Part shown: positions 10,300-23,580 of the stretch, piece by piece
How the letters are laid out: every line of letters starts with the position of its first letter
Position numbering within the stretch: the first letter of the stretch is position 1
Source: Chiloscyllium plagiosum
Lineage: Eukaryota
Direction of reading: 5' to 3'
Length of the DNA: 64,000 nt
NCBI RefSeq assembly: GCF_004010195.1
Contig: NC_057719.1
Location: 48,205,071 to 48,269,070 of the forward strand
Notes under the pieces: model-generated
Databases searched by the model: none
What the model was told of the DNA's origin: nothing
Seen by the model: the letters and a program-made list of their open reading frames with translations, nothing else
Program-made: the position numbers and the translations under genes

Positions 10300-13200
10300 G
10301 AGTTACATGTATTTAGAAAGGCAAGAACTGATTAGGGATAGTGAACATGGCTTTGTGCATTCTCACGAACTTGACTGAGCTTTTTGAAAAAGTAACAAAG
10401 AGATTTGTTATGGACTTCATGAAGGTGTTCAACAAAGTTCCTCATGATAGACTAGTTATCAAGGTCAGATCTCATGGAATACAGGTACTAGCCATTTGGA
10501 TATAGAGCTGGTTCGAAGGTAGAAGACAGAGGGTGGTGGTGGAGGGTTGCCTTTCAGACTGGAGGCCTGTGACCAGTGGTGTGCCATAAGGATCAGTGCT
10601 GAGTCCACTGCCTTTCTTCATTTATATAAGTCATTTGGATGTGAACATAGGAGGCATAGTTAGTAAGTTTGCAAATGACACCAAAATTGGAGGTGTAGTG
10701 GACAGTGAAGAAGGTTACCTCAGAGAACAAGGGATATTGATCAGATGTGTCAATGGATTGAGGAGTGGAAGATGAAGTTTAGTTCAGATAAATGTGAGGT
10801 GCTGCATTTTGGAAAGGCAAATTAGGGTAGGACTAATACTCTTAATGATAAGGTCCTGGGAAGTGTTGCTGAACAAAGAGACCTTGGAGTGCAGGTTCAT
10901 AGTTCCTTGAAAGTCAAGTCGCAGATAGGTAGGAAAGTGAGCTTTCAACCTCATAGTCTGGGAACCCCGCACCACCCGATTCTAACTCCTTCCCAAGATT
11001 CACAAGCCTGACCACCCCGGCCGACCCATTGTCTCAGCCTGCTCCTGCCCCACCAAAGTCATCTCCACCTACCTCGATACTGTCTATCCCCCCAGTCCAG
11101 GAACTCCCCACATATGTTCGAGACACCACCCACGCCCTCCACCTCCTCCAAGACTTGTGTTTCCCCGGCCCCCAATTCCTCAACTTCACCATGGACATCC
11201 AATCCTTCTACACCTCCATCCGCCATGACCAGGGCCTCCAAGCCCTCCATTTCTTCCTCTCCTGACGTCCCCAACAGTACCCTTCCACAGACAGTCTCAT
11301 TCGTTTGGCTGAACTGGTCTTCACCCTTAAAAATTTCTCCTTCGAATCCTCCCATTTCCTCCAGACCAAAGGGGTAGCCGTGGACACCTGTATGGGCCCC
11401 AGCTATGCCTGTCTCTTTGTCAGCTACGTAGAACAGTCCACCTTCCATAGTTACACCGGCACCACTCCCCACCTCTTCCTCCGCTACATTGATGACTGCA
11501 TTGGTGCCAACTCTTGCTACCGCGAGGAGGTTGAGCAGTTCATCAACTTCACCAACACATTCCACCTCGACCTTAAATTCAGCTGGACCATCTCTGACAC
11601 CTCCCTCCCCTTCCTGGACCTCTCCATCTCCATTAATGACGACCGACTTGCTCCCAGGAAGACCAGTTCCACCACAAAACAGACCAGACGGCCTCCTTCT
11701 TTAGAGATCGCAATTTCCCTTCTCACGTAGTTGAGGATGCCCTCCAACGCATCTCATCCACATCCCGCACCACCGCCCTCAAACCCCACGCCTCCAAACG
11801 TAACAAGGACAGAACCCCCCTGGTCCTCACTTTCCACCCTACCAACCTTCACATTAACCATATCATCCGACGACATTTCCGCCACCTCCAAACGGACCTC
11901 ACCACCTGGGATATATTTCCCTCCCCACCCCTTTCCGCTTTCCGCAACGACAGTTCCCTCCGTGACTACCTGGTCAGGTCCACGCCCCCCAACAAACCAC
12001 CTTCCCAACCTGGCATCCTCTCCTGCCACTGTAGGAATTGCAAAGCCTGCACCCACACCTCCTTCCTCACCACCATACAAGACCCCAAAGGAGCCTTCCA
12101 CATCCATCAAAGTTTCACCTGCTCATCCACCTATGTAATTTATTGTATCCGTTGCTCCCGATGCGGTCTCCTCTACTTTGATTGAGGTTTTTAAAATTGT
12201 GAAGAGTTTTCAAAGATTGGTTAGGAGATCAGTGATCAGGAGTCTTCAAATGGATTTATAAAAACACAGCTAAAGAACACTGCTTTGATGTATGAATTGT
12301 TTGGTTTGGCACTGGGAGTATCTGTTGCTCCCGATGCAGTCTCCTCTATATTGGAGAGACTGGACGCCTTCTTGCAGAGCGCTTCAGGGAACATCTCCAG
12401 GACACCCGCACCAATCAACCCCACTGCTCCGTGGCCTAACATTTCAACTTCCCCTCCCACTCTGCCGAGGACATGCAGGTCCTGGGCCTCCTCCACCGCC
12501 GGTCCCTCACCACCCGACGCCTGGAGGAAGAATGCCTCATCTTCCGCCTCGGAACACTTCAACCCCAGGGCATCAATGTGGACTTCACCAGTTTCCTCAT
12601 TTCCCCTCCCCTCACCTTACCTCAGTTCCAACCTTCCAGCTCAGCACTGTCCTCATGACCTGTCCTACCTGCCAATCTCCCTTCCCATCTATCTGCTCCA
12701 CCCTCCCCTCTGACCTATCACCTCCATCCCCACCCCCATTCACTTATCGTACTCTTTGCTATCTTCTCCCCAGCTCCCCCCACCCCACCCCCATTTATCT
12801 CTCCATCCTGGACGATCGCTGCCTCTATTCCTGATGTAGGGGTTTTGCCTGAAACATTGATTTTCCTGCTCCTCGGATGCTGCCTGACCTACTGTGCTTT
12901 CCCAGCACCACTCTGATCTAAACTCTGGTTTCCAGCATCTGCAGTCCTCACTTTTGCCTAGGAAAGTGAGCAAGGCATTTGGTATGCTTTCATTTATTGG
13001 TCAGAGCATTGAGTATAGGTTTTGGGAAGTCATGTTGTGGCGTACAGGACATTGGTTTTACCACTTTTGGAATATTGTGTGCAATTCTGGTCTCCCTCCT
13101 ATCAGAAGGATGTTGTGAAACTTGAAAGGATTCAGAAAAGATTTACAAGGGTGTTGCCAGGCTTGGAGGGTTTCAACAGGAGTTAGAAGTTGAACAGGCT

Positions 13201-13610
13201 GAGGCTATTTTTCCAGGAGCATCAGAGGCTGAGGGGTAACCTTACAGAGGTTTATAAAATCATGAGGGGCATGGATAGTGTAAATAGATAAGGTCTTTTC
13301 CCTGCAGTGGCGGAGTCCAGAACTGGAGGGCATAGGTTTAGGGTGAGAGGGGAAAAATGTAAAAAGGAATCTAATGGACAACTTTTTCATGCAGAGGGTG
13401 GTGCGTGTATGAAATGAACTGCCAGAGGAAGTGGTGGAGGGTACAATTACAACACTTAAAAGGCATCTGGATGGGTATATCCTCTAATAGGAAGGGTTTG
13501 GAGGGATATGGGCCATGCTGGCAAACAGGACTAGATTAATTTAGGATATCCGGTCAGCATGGATGCGTTTCTGTTGTGTACATCTCTAGAACTCTATGAC
13601 TCTATTTGTA
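10300..13610 (+). mobile_element. CR1 LINE (5'-truncated), interrupted by a PLE at 10943-12958
   Basis: RT motifs (MDF..VFNKVPH, SGVP*GSVL, KFANDTKIGG), QFWSP, FFMQRVV and a CTCTATGACTCTA tail. Confidence 0.9.
10943..12958 (+). mobile_element. Penelope-like element (RT + GIY-YIG endonuclease + pLTR), decayed
   Basis: LPKIHK, RYIDD RT motifs; VIYCIRC..C..LYIGETGR...RFREH...GINVDF endonuclease; pLTR with degenerate hammerhead at about 12827-12862; TSD TAGGAAAGTGAGC at 10930-10942 and 12959-12971. Confidence 0.92.
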
Positions 13611-14537
13611 TCTCATTGAAATCCCAACTTGCCTTTTAGACATGACACTTCCAATTCTGGTTTTCTAGACAGAGAAAATTTTTGACACGTGAGTCAGAGT
13701 GGTTACCTGGCAGCTTTAGCTTGCTCAATGCTCACCTTGGCTATCATTCAACTGCTTCTTCACAATAATGCCCTTGCTTGTTCAATGGCCATCATCCTCT
13801 TTGATCCTTCATCTATGTACTTTGGCATCAGCAAACTGCCAACCTCACTCTATCGTGACATCTGCTCTCAGACCAACTCTCAGTCACTTTTGACCTTCAA
13901 CTCTTCAAACTCAAATTGACTTATTAACTTGCATGCTTCTGCAAGGTCACTTTACTGACATAGACACACAAACATCTCATGCATCTGCACAGCACGCATT
14001 CATGGCTAGAAGCTTGCTTTCTTAGCACTCACTTTATTGAGGGTGCTAGCCTCAGCATACTTCATATTACTTACTGCATACACACAGACTTCAGCATTGT
14101 TCCAATAGCTCCCATTGCTTTTCATGCAGAGGGACAGGCAGGCAGCTTGTGAGGATGACAAGCACTGAACAGTTAATTTCTCAGATATGGGCTGGACATG
14201 TCAATGTACAGGATCATGCAACAACAATTTAATTTCATGCTGGAAATTTGCTAATGTCTCTTTTCTTTCTTGGATCCATTGCGATTCATTGTTCTTTGGA
14301 CAATGTATCCTCAGAATGTAACTGTCATTCTAGAGGACAGGCATTTCTCATTTAGTGCAAGTGTTAGGTTCTTTTCCCAAGGTTTCATATACAAGTTGCA
14401 ATTCGCACACACCAACATTTGCAAACAGTTAAAGATTAGTAAAGCCTGTACAAGCTAGGTGACCCCCTTTGACGTTCTTCGCAGGCTTGCGAAGTTGAGT
14501 CAAAAGTGGCCCCGAACAAAGGAAACACGTCCACTTT

Positions 14538-14800
14538 AGTTAAAAATCACACAACACCAGGTTATAGTCCAACAGGTTTATTTGGAAGCAATAGCTTTTG
14601 GAGCACTGCTCCTTCATCAGATGGTTGTGGAGAATAAGATTGTAAGACACAGAATTTATAGCAAAAGTTTACAGTGTGATGTAATTGAAATTATATATTA
14701 TATATTGGATTGTTTGTTAAGTCTCTCATCTTTTAGAATGACCATGTTGGTTTCAGTTCTTTCATTTATAATTTCATGTATTCTTTCATATATAATTTCA
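14538..14800 (-). mobile_element. PLE 3' end/pLTR (third family)
   Basis: Minus strand CTGATGAAGGAGCAGTGCTCC(A)AAAGC...CCTGTTGGACTATAACCTGGTGTTG; same family at 27152-27286 and 58826-58906. Confidence 0.65.
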
Positions 14801-15049
14801 GGTATATTGGTAATATGAAACAGCTTTCATTCATGCTATCTAAGTGATACTTTGCTTTATTCTTCAAAAGATTTTCCTGGGAGTGAATAAGTAGGTTTGT
14901 TTCTCATCTTCTCGCAGAGTAACAAGATATTCCAGATTCAGTTTATCTAAACCTAAATAACTTTGGAAATTCTTGCTAAAATTCTCTCCTACCTTTATTC
15001 TGAAGTTGTATTCACAGGGCTTCAGATGTGATCTGTACAGCTAGAACAA

Positions 15050-16070
15050 ACATATCCTACTTTTAAATTCCATTCCCCTTTCAATAAATACCAACATTCT
15101 ATTTGCCTTCCTCATCATTCTGCAAATTCTGCAATCTGTCTCCATTTAAATAGTAAATTGTTTTCATATTCTTCCAACCAAGATGGACAAGTTCAGATTT
15201 TCCCACATCTGCCAAATTTTCCCCGCCCATTTAATCTATCTACATGCCTTTTCAAACATTCTACCTACCTTTGATCAACTTACTTTCTGACCTTGCTTTC
15301 TTGGTGTCAACTGCAAATGTTGCCATCACATATTTGATCCCAACATTTAATTCATTGATATAGATTGCAAATTGCTCAAGCCATATCACTGATCCCTGTG
15401 AGATTCACCTAGTCCTTGCCAACTTGAAAAAAGAGCCATTTACCCTGTTATCAGTCTTTTATCCATACCAATATGTTCCCCCTTGCACCACGAGCACACA
15501 TTTTGCTTAGGACTATTTGTTGAGGCACCTTATCAAATATCTTTTGAAAATCCAAGTACATCACAATAACAGGTTCCCCTTTATCCACCTTTCCTGTTAC
15601 TTCCTCTAAAAACATGAATTTAATTAGCTATACATGATTTTCCTATCACAAAACTGTCACATTTGGATTTTGCAACCTGCTATAACAACCTCAATAATGG
15701 ATTCTAGCAATTTCCATATGACAGATGGAAGTACAAAATATGAACCTCAATGGCCACTGACTTCCTGTTTGCTGTCTCTTTCCTATGTTAATCAGCTATT
15801 TTCCAATATGCTGGAACCCTTCTTGAATGTAAGGAATTTTGGAAGATTACGACCAATGCCACTTCCATCTCTGCAGCCATTTCTTTTAAGATTCTAGATT
15901 CTTGATAGCCTTCAGGTCTAATATTTTTCTGAACACTTTATTCCTGGTGCACTAAAATCTTCCACTAATCATCTTTGCTGTCCTACCTCAGTTCACTTTA
16001 GCCAATCTACCTTCATATTGTTATAGTTAACTTTATTTAAATTTAAATCACTAATCTTAGTACCAACATT
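15050..16070 (-). mobile_element. Old CR1 RT fragments
   Basis: Reverse complement contains decayed DVMYLDFQKIFDKVP and GISQGSV motifs. Confidence 0.65.
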
Positions 16071-16184
16071 TTACTTTCAAATTGACAATGAAATTCTCTC
16101 GACATTTGCTGCCAGACCTGTGGACTTTCTCCAGCACTTCCTTTCAGTGTCTGCAATAATTTGTATTTGTGTTGATACAGAAGT

Positions 16185-16315
16185 TCCAGTTTACTTCGCA
16201 AAAATCATTCAGACTATTCATTGTCCAGTTCAAAAGCCACACAGTGATTCTGGAATACCCATCTGTCAGGTGAGTGGTAATTCTTTTGAGAATAAACCTT
16301 GCCAGAAATCTATGC
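16185..16315 (-). mobile_element. RTE-type RT fragment
   Basis: Minus strand FLARFILKRITTHL...PESLCGF*TG..MIFA resembles RTE ILARILLNRL...PESQCGFR..R.T.DMIF. Confidence 0.5.
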
Positions 16316-17087
16316 TGTGAAATATTTGAAATATTTCTTTTACTTGTAATAAACTTATACATGAAAGTGTTATTTGGTTTTCAAAAACCAAGTATAAGAG
16401 AAGAACAAGTTGCTACTATTGGGGATTTTGAAAACAACACTGAAATGATTAGACATGATCATGGTACACCATAGTACAACAGTTATTTGCTTATTCTACA
16501 CCTAATGACAATATTTCATGATGTTACTGCAGACTTATCTGATGGCAATGCTGACAGATGGACAATGCAGATGGATAACTGAGGGAGTATTCAGTGACAA
16601 GATCATATGGCCGTAAGGGACCTCTTTAATTCCATCAGCTATAATTACTTAATGTAAAGGGAATTCTGCAGCATCATTGCACACTTATCATCTTGTAAAA
16701 TCAAGACTGGTCACAGGCCAGAGAAAACAAATTCACATATAACACAGAAACTGCACTGAAAAATGACACCAATTATTAAAATCAAGGAAAAATCAGCTTT
16801 TTAAAAGAAATAAAAATTGATTCTGATCCATAACATGTTCTGTTTTCAAAGACTCAAGCAGCTGAATGATCTAGTCCTGTTTCTAATTTTCGCACTGCCC
16901 AGTTTCAACTGACAGTCCAATCAAACAAGAGTATAAAGGCACCATTCCTTATTAATCTGTGGGTCCATGCATGAAAAACAGGAGTGCTCCTCTGTGCTCC
17001 ACAATAATATGAACTGATACCATACACATTTCCCCAGTTTGACTAAAGGACCTTCGCCGCTACCTATAGCTCAAATCCTCCAACCCT

Positions 17088-17440
17088 AGAAACATCCTTA
17101 TAAATCTTCTCTGAACCCTTTCAAGTTTCACAATATCCTTCCGATAGGAAGGAGACCAGAATTGCACGCAACATTCCAAAAGTGGCTGAACCAACATCCT
17201 GTATAGCCGCAACATGGCCTCCTAGTTCCTGTATTCAATACTCTGACCAATTCAAGGAGCTATGAACCTGCATTCCAAGGTCTCTTTGTTCAGCAACACT
17301 CCCTAAGACCTTACCATTAAGTGTATAAGTCCTGCTAAGATTTGCTTTCCCAAAATGCAGCACCTGACATTTATCTAAATTTAACTCCATCTGCCACTCC
17401 TCAGCCCATTGTCCCATCTGATCAAGATCTCGCTATAATC
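17088..17440 (-). mobile_element. CR1 fragment
   Basis: ORF 17235..17417 WAEEWQMELNLDKCQVLHFG; QFWSP motif. Confidence 0.85.
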
Positions 17441-17726
17441 TATTAATAGCATTTATTCTGTATCTTTGAATTTTGAATCAGTAGTACTTAGGTTTTCTGC
17501 CTGTCTGAATGGATTTAATAATTAACCTGTACATATTTATCATCATGGTGACTTCTTTAAAAATACAAATTAGAGAGGGACATTCTGGAGAATAATGGGG
17601 TTTTGTTTACATTGGGAGGATTTATGAGTGAATAAAGTAAATAATGTTGTACACTAGGCTCTCAGGCATAAGATTTTGGAATTATTTATTTGGACATAGG
17701 GAAATTGCATACAGCTTGGTGCAGAG

Positions 17727-18075
17727 GGGCAGCATCGTGACTCAGTGGTTAGCACTGCTGCCTCACAGCACCAGGGACCCAGGTTCAGTTCCACTCTCGG
17801 GCAACTGTCTGTGTGGAGTTTGTACATTCTCCCTGTATCTGCGTGGGTTTCCTCCAAGTGCTCCAGATTCCTCTCATAGTCCAAATATGTGCAGGTTGGC
17901 CATGCTAAATTGCCCCTGGTGTCCAGGGATGTGCAGGTTAGGTGGATTAGCCATGGGATATGCAGTGATACAGGGATAGGGTGGGAGGTGGGAGGGGTCT
18001 GGGTGGGATACTCTTTGGAGGATTGTAATGGACTGAATGGCCTACTTAGACACTGTAGGGATTCTGTGATTTGGT
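17727..18075 (+). mobile_element. HE1-like tRNA-derived V-SINE
   Basis: A box GTGACTCAGTGG and B box GGTTCAGTTCC; V-domain GTCTGTGTGGAGTTTGTACATTCTCCCTGTATCTGCGTGGGTTTCCTCC; CR1-like tail. Confidence 0.85.
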
Positions 18076-18079
18076 AAAC

Positions 18080-18687
18080 AGTTTTTAGATTTCAGTTGGA
18101 TAATTTATAGTAGCTTTGGCTAAAGCTAGATATGTAAAACAGTTGCTCCTGAGATAAGGAGGTCATTTTGGACTGTTAAGATGGTGGTTACCTCAATGTA
18201 AAGAGTTTAGTTTATAAGTTCCCAGACCCAAGTAGTAAAACTTTAAAGGAGGAATGTGAAGCTGAGAAAATCTAAACTCAGTTTAAATGATGAATCATGG
18301 AAGAGGCCGGTAGACTCTTGTGTCCAGGAACTGAAGCCACAGCTAAGTCAAACAATTTATGGAATAGAGAAGGGAATTCTCTCTGGTCCTTGAGTACAGT
18401 AATGAAATGCTGTTGCGATTAGTGGGATTATTTTTTTATCACATTTTTAAAAAATTTATATTTGTATACAATATATAAGTAATTTGGCTTATCCTATTTT
18501 ATCTTCATTTATTTTGCGCAACAACTTATGTTCGATTGTTAAAACTGAATCTGCAGCATTGCTCAGTTGTGTTTCAGTGAAAAATCACCTCATTAAAACC
18601 AAAGAAATGAAAAATTATGATCTACCAAGCCAGGTTTTAGTCTGGAATCTTACTTGCCCAACAATAATATCAGCTGCAATCATAACA
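18080..18687 (+). mobile_element. Probable solo LTR (3' part)
   Basis: Ends in ...ATCATAACA like the LTR at 1401; 5' boundary not determined. Confidence 0.4.
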
Positions 18688-20662
18688 CTGCATATATACT
18701 GAGAATTCACCTTAGCAGTGATACTGTGGTGGATGAATTTCTGGAGTGTGTGTACAATTTTTTTATTTTAGATCAGTACATTGAGGATTTGATATTATGC
18801 AATGAAAAGGGGTTAATAATCTTGTTGTGAAGGGAAGCGTGATTATAGCATGTTAGAATTCTTCATTGGAATAGAAAGTGAAGAAGTCTAACCCAAATTT
18901 GGGTTCCCATTTGAAACAAAGAAAACTATGAAGCTATAAAGGTCAGTTAGCTATGAGAAATTGGGTAACTTACTTCAAAGGCGTGAAGGTGGATATTGCC
19001 GGATATTTAAGGCAGAGGTTTGCAACTGCTGTGCTGATGCCGCAAAATTCTCAGGAAGCAGCACCCCTTCGCGTAGACTTCTGATACCATGCATGCGTGG
19101 AGATTGAGCAAAGTACCTGTGCTGAAGATTAGGAATTCATTCATTATGCAACCTGCTTGTGCATGCACAGGCCCAACCTTTCGGTTTCAGCATGTACAAC
19201 GATCGACTGTTATATTCCAGGATAGAAGAAACTGTGCACGTGTAGTAAAGAGGTGCACAATTGTTGAACAACTGTTGAATTGGCCTACCTGTCTGGACAC
19301 ATTCCCTATTTGTATAGACTTTAAAGTGAATAGTTCGAGAAATTTTTTTTACTTACATCATTGATCCAAGTCTTAGAGAAAAATCTAAGAAGAAACAAAT
19401 ATGTTGTTATATGCTTTTTGTATCACTATGCTGCAAATCTTTCTCGTATGATCATAACCATTGTAAGTACAAGTAAATCTGACATTTATATGTAATCAAT
19501 TTAGCTGAAAAATATAGGTGCGTTGTAGAATTGTTTATCTCATTGAAGTATGCCTTCATACCAAGAAGATTGGAAACACTGATTTAAGGAACAAATAAAT
19601 GCATTACAACAGTTAAACATTCCTTTCAGGTGAAAGAATGCAAAAGGAAAAGCGCCATAACTATGGCTAACACAAGAAATTAAGGATTGTATCGGATCAA
19701 AAGAGGGGTCATATAAAGGTAGTAGAAAAATGAGCAAGCTGAGGATTGGAAGCAGTTTAAAATTCAGCAAATGAGGACAAAGAGATTTTTTAAGGGAAAA
19801 ATAGATTATGAGATAAACTTACCAGAACCATAAAAGCAGTTTGCAAAATTTTTTTAAAAGAATGTAAAAAGACAAAGATCACTGAAGACACATGTGTGTC
19901 TCATGCAATCAAAAGCAAGAGAATTAATGACAGAGAACAATGGCACAGCAATTAAGCAACTGTTTGGATCCTACCTTCACAGAAGTAGATACAAATAACT
20001 TCCCAGAAATGCTTGGGAAGAAAGAATTGAAGGAAATTAGAATTAGTTAAAAGAAAGGTAGAGAGTTGAATTGGATTGGAAGCCGATAATTTGCATCCCA
20101 AGGTACCAAAGTGGTTGGCTCAGTAATGGTTATCACCTTCCAAAATGTATGGATTCTGGAACAGTATCAGCAAATTGGAGGATAGCAAATGTAACCCCAC
20201 TACTTAACAAAAAAGAGGGAAAACAAAAGCAGGCAATAACAGACTACTAAGCCTAACATGACTATTTGGGAAAATGCTTAAGTCTATTATAAGGAATACC
20301 ATAACAAGGCATTTGGAAAGTATCAATGGAATTAGACAAAGCCAACATGGATTTTCAAAAGGGTAGTCAGGTTTGACAACCCTACTACAATTTTTGAGGA
20401 TGTAACTAGTAGAATAGATAAGGGGCAACAAATGACTGTTTATTGGATATTCAGAAAGTCTTCGTGAGAGGTTATTGTGCAAAATTAAAGCGCATGGGAT
20501 TGGGGGTATTATGGAAGTAACTGGCATTGAATGAGAATTGTTTAGCAGACAGGAAACATAGAGCGGGAATAAATGGATCTTTTTCAGAGTGGAATTGGTG
20601 ACAAGTGTGATTTCATAGGGATTAGTGCTTGGGCCTCAGCTTGGATAAGTGATAGTATTATA

Positions 20663-22071
20663 GAACATAGAACATAGAACATAGAAGAATACAGCGCAGT
20701 ACAGGCCCTTCGGCCCTCGATGTTGCGCCGATCCAAGCCCACCTAACCTACACTAGCCCATTATCCTCCACATGCCTATCCAATGCCCGCTTAAATGCCC
20801 ATAATGAGGGAGAGTCCACCACTGCTACTGGCAGGGCATTCCATGAACTCACGACACGCTGAGTAAAGAACCTACCCCTAACATCTGCCCTATACCTACC
20901 CCCCNNNNNNNNNNNNNNNNNNNNNNNNNNNNNNNNNNNNNNNNNNNNNNNNNNNNNNNNNNNNNNNNNNNNNNNNNNNNNNNNNNNNNNNNNNNNNNNN
21001 NNNNNNNNNNNNNNNNNNNNNNNNNNNNNNNNNNNNNNNNNNNNNNNNNNNNNNNNNNNNNNNNNNNNNNNNNNNNNNNNNNNNNNNNNNNNNNNNNNNN
21101 NNNNNNNNNNNNNNNNNNNNNNNNNNNNNNNNNNNNNNNNNNNNNNNNNNNNNNNNNNNNNNNNNNNNNNNNNNNNNNNNNNNNNNNNNNNNNNNNNNNN
21201 NNNNNNNNNNNNNNNNNNNNNNNNNNNNNNNNNNNNNNNNNNNNNNNNNNNNNNNNNNNNNNNNNNNNNNNNNNNNNNNNNNNNNNNNNNNNNNNNNNNN
21301 NNNNNNNNNNNNNNNNNNNNNNNNNNNNNNNNNNNNNNNNNNNNNNNNNNNNNNCCAAAGTGAGTCACCTCACACTTAGCTACATTGTATTCCATTTGCC
21401 ACCTTTCTGCCCAGCTCTGCAGCTTCTCTATATCCTGCTGTCACCTGCCACATCCTTCCTCACTGTCTACCACTCCTCTGACTTTCGTATCATCCGCAAA
21501 CTTGCTCACCCAACTTTCTAACCCCTCTTCCAGGTCATTTATAAAAATGACAAACAGCAATGGTCCCAAAACAGATCCTTGCGGAACACCGCTAGTGATG
21601 GCACTCCATGAAGAAACTTTGCCATCAACTACTACCCTCTGTCTTCTTCCAGGCAGCCAACTCCTAATCCAAACCTCCAACTCATCCTCAATGCCATACC
21701 TCCGTATTTTTTGCAGTGGTCTACCATGGGGAACCTTATCAAACGCCTTACTAAAATCCATATATACCACATCTACCGCTTTCCCCTCGTTCACCTCCTT
21801 AGTCACCTTCTCAAAGAATTCAATAAGGTTTGTGAGGCACGACCTGCCCTTCACAAAACCATGCTGACTATCCTTGATCACATTATTCCTATCCAGATGT
21901 TCATAAATCCTATGCCTTACAATTCTCTCTAAGATTTTGCCCACAACAGAAGTGAGGCTCACCGGCCTATAGTTACTAGGGTTATCCCTACTCCCCTTCT
22001 TGAACAAGGGAACCACATTTGCTAGCCTCCAATCTTCTGGCACTACTCCTGTAGACAACGAGGACATAAAA
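20663..22071 (-). mobile_element. Younger CR1 (5'-truncated), spans an assembly gap
   Basis: Intact RT ORF 21441..22067 ([27 protein letters not shown]); (ATAGAAC)n tail; TSD AGTATTATA at 20654-20662 and 22072-22080. Confidence 0.92.
20905..21354. other. Assembly gap
   Basis: Run of N. Confidence 1.
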
Positions 22072-23075
22072 AGTATTATAAAGTAATATTACCGAATCTG
22101 CTGATGACACAAAACTAGTTGAATTGTGAGTGGTGAGAGGATATAAAGAGGCTTCAAGGCAATTTAAACAAGTTTAATGAATGGGAAAATACTTTGCAGA
22201 TGCACTATAACATTTTTTAAAGCTAGTGGCCTTGGGTGTTACTGCCTTGGCCAGCTGTTGAGCTATCACAGTGAGGGGCTTACCAGCTTGTGCTCCCAAA
22301 CATTCTAAATATGATGTTTCCATCAAAATGTTGATGTCTGTGCTAGTTGGGGGGGAAGGCAGGAGAGAGTCTTGCTCTCATTTCCTCTGAGGCCTCAGTA
22401 TTCTCTACCTCAGAGGTCAAGGAGGTGACTTCTGGTGGGGTAGCCCATTTCTCCACAGGGGTTGTGGCTTGCTGGCACCTTCAAGACACAAGTGAGAGAA
22501 GGTGTCACAGCCAGTAATTGGAAGTGATGTGTGATGAATGACACTGGGGTTAATGGATTAATGTAAGAACTGCAGTGAAATATAGAATGGTACCTACTTG
22601 GAACAACATGGATATTTAGGTATCCCCACAGGAGCGGCCCTGACTTTCTTCTATGAGAGAAAGGATTCTCTTCTCATAGTAGATGAAGACTATGATGTTG
22701 GGAACCTACCTCCCCACACCCCCTCCCCATTTATCCGACCCTTTTCAGCCCTATTGTGAGCTGTCTACAACTGGAATGAGAGAAACAGAAGGACTAAGTT
22801 AGATGAAAGTGTGTGGCATACATGTTAGTGCTGGGGGTGCAGGAAGTCAAAAGGAGGTGAGGTTTCTTTGGTGAGTGAGTAGACTTAGAGGCATGCAGAG
22901 TTAGTGTTTTGGATGTGGGGGTTGATTTGGGGGCAAATGACACTGAATGAGGGAAAGGTTGAATGCAATTGTGAAAGTGGTAAAGCATGAGCTTTGGTGG
23001 GACATGGTGACAGTACCAGAGATAGAACAAGTGTAACGTATTGGAGAAGTAGTATTTACATTAGCACAGTGGAGA

Positions 23076-23270
23076 ATGTCACTGGCCTTCTTCCTCGATT
23101 GCTGTGCATTCCTCCAGATGTCTGAGATTGCACTTAGCTGGGTGGCAACCTCAGACCAGACTGGCTCCACTGCCTTCCTGGGGGTGATGGATTTCCCACC
23201 TCAACCCCACCCATCCAACAAGACCTCCAGGTTTCATGCACAAAACGGGGCACAAATTTTCCCTTCTCTA
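23076..23270 (-). mobile_element. Harbinger Myb/SANT-like DNA-binding ORF remnant
   Basis: KGKFVPRF...(frameshift)...PVWSEVATQLSAISDIWRNAQQSRKKASDIL fits the Myb_DNA-bind_5 pattern (PRF...W.EVA....R...QCRKK..DL). Confidence 0.6.
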
Positions 23271-23480
23271 TCCAGGGCAAAAAAAAAACACATGCAGGGC
23301 AGTCTGAAACTAACAGTGCTGGTCTGAGAACAAGCACTATTTAAAGATGCCAACAGCACTAGGCATGTGGGTTTATCCCAAGACATCCTGGCAATGGTGA
23401 GTTGTTCTGGGTATGCTGAATTGTACAATGGAATTACAATCAGGTGACATGGATGTCAAATGTATGTGGATAGTTAGTGA

Positions 23481-23580
23481 TGCTGGAAAAGCACAGCATG
23501 TCAGGCAGCATCCAAGGAACAGGAGAATCGACGTTTCGGGCATAAGCCCTTCTTCAGGAATGATTCCTTACTTTCTCCTC
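23481..23580 (-). mobile_element. Short PLE pLTR insertion
   Basis: TSD GTGGATAGTTAGTGA at 23466-23480 and 23581-23595. Confidence 0.85.
23526..23561 (-). ncRNA. Minimal type I hammerhead ribozyme motif
   Basis: Minus strand ATTC-CTGAAGA-A-GGGC TTAT GCCC-GAAAC-GTC-GATT; intact core with GUC site. Confidence 0.7.

Larger units (their letters stand above)
18720..22210 (+). mobile_element. Old CR1 ORF2 remnant, interrupted at 19013-19581 and 20663-22071
   Basis: Decayed EN/RT motifs: EFLECV, PWLTQEIK, WRIANVTPL, QHGFSKG, SADDTKL. Confidence 0.75.

Noticed and set aside
10943..12600. Retron, DGR or other bacterial RT-nuclease system
   Set aside because: RT plus C-terminal GIY-YIG with a pLTR and TSD is the standard Penelope-like architecture, and the context is eukaryotic
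16181..16275. Host exon (CAG|...|GTGAGT splice-like sites)
   Set aside because: The opposite strand is better explained as an RTE RT remnant; no recognisable host peptide
17727..17800. tRNA gene
   Set aside because: It is the tRNA-derived head of a SINE, continuing into the V-domain
20748..21395. Long ORFs in the track
   Set aside because: Artefacts of translating through N gaps
21385..21867. Long antisense ORFs (also 40189..40680, 54104..54478, 11059..11565)
   Set aside because: Shadow frames of CR1/PLE RT coding sequence
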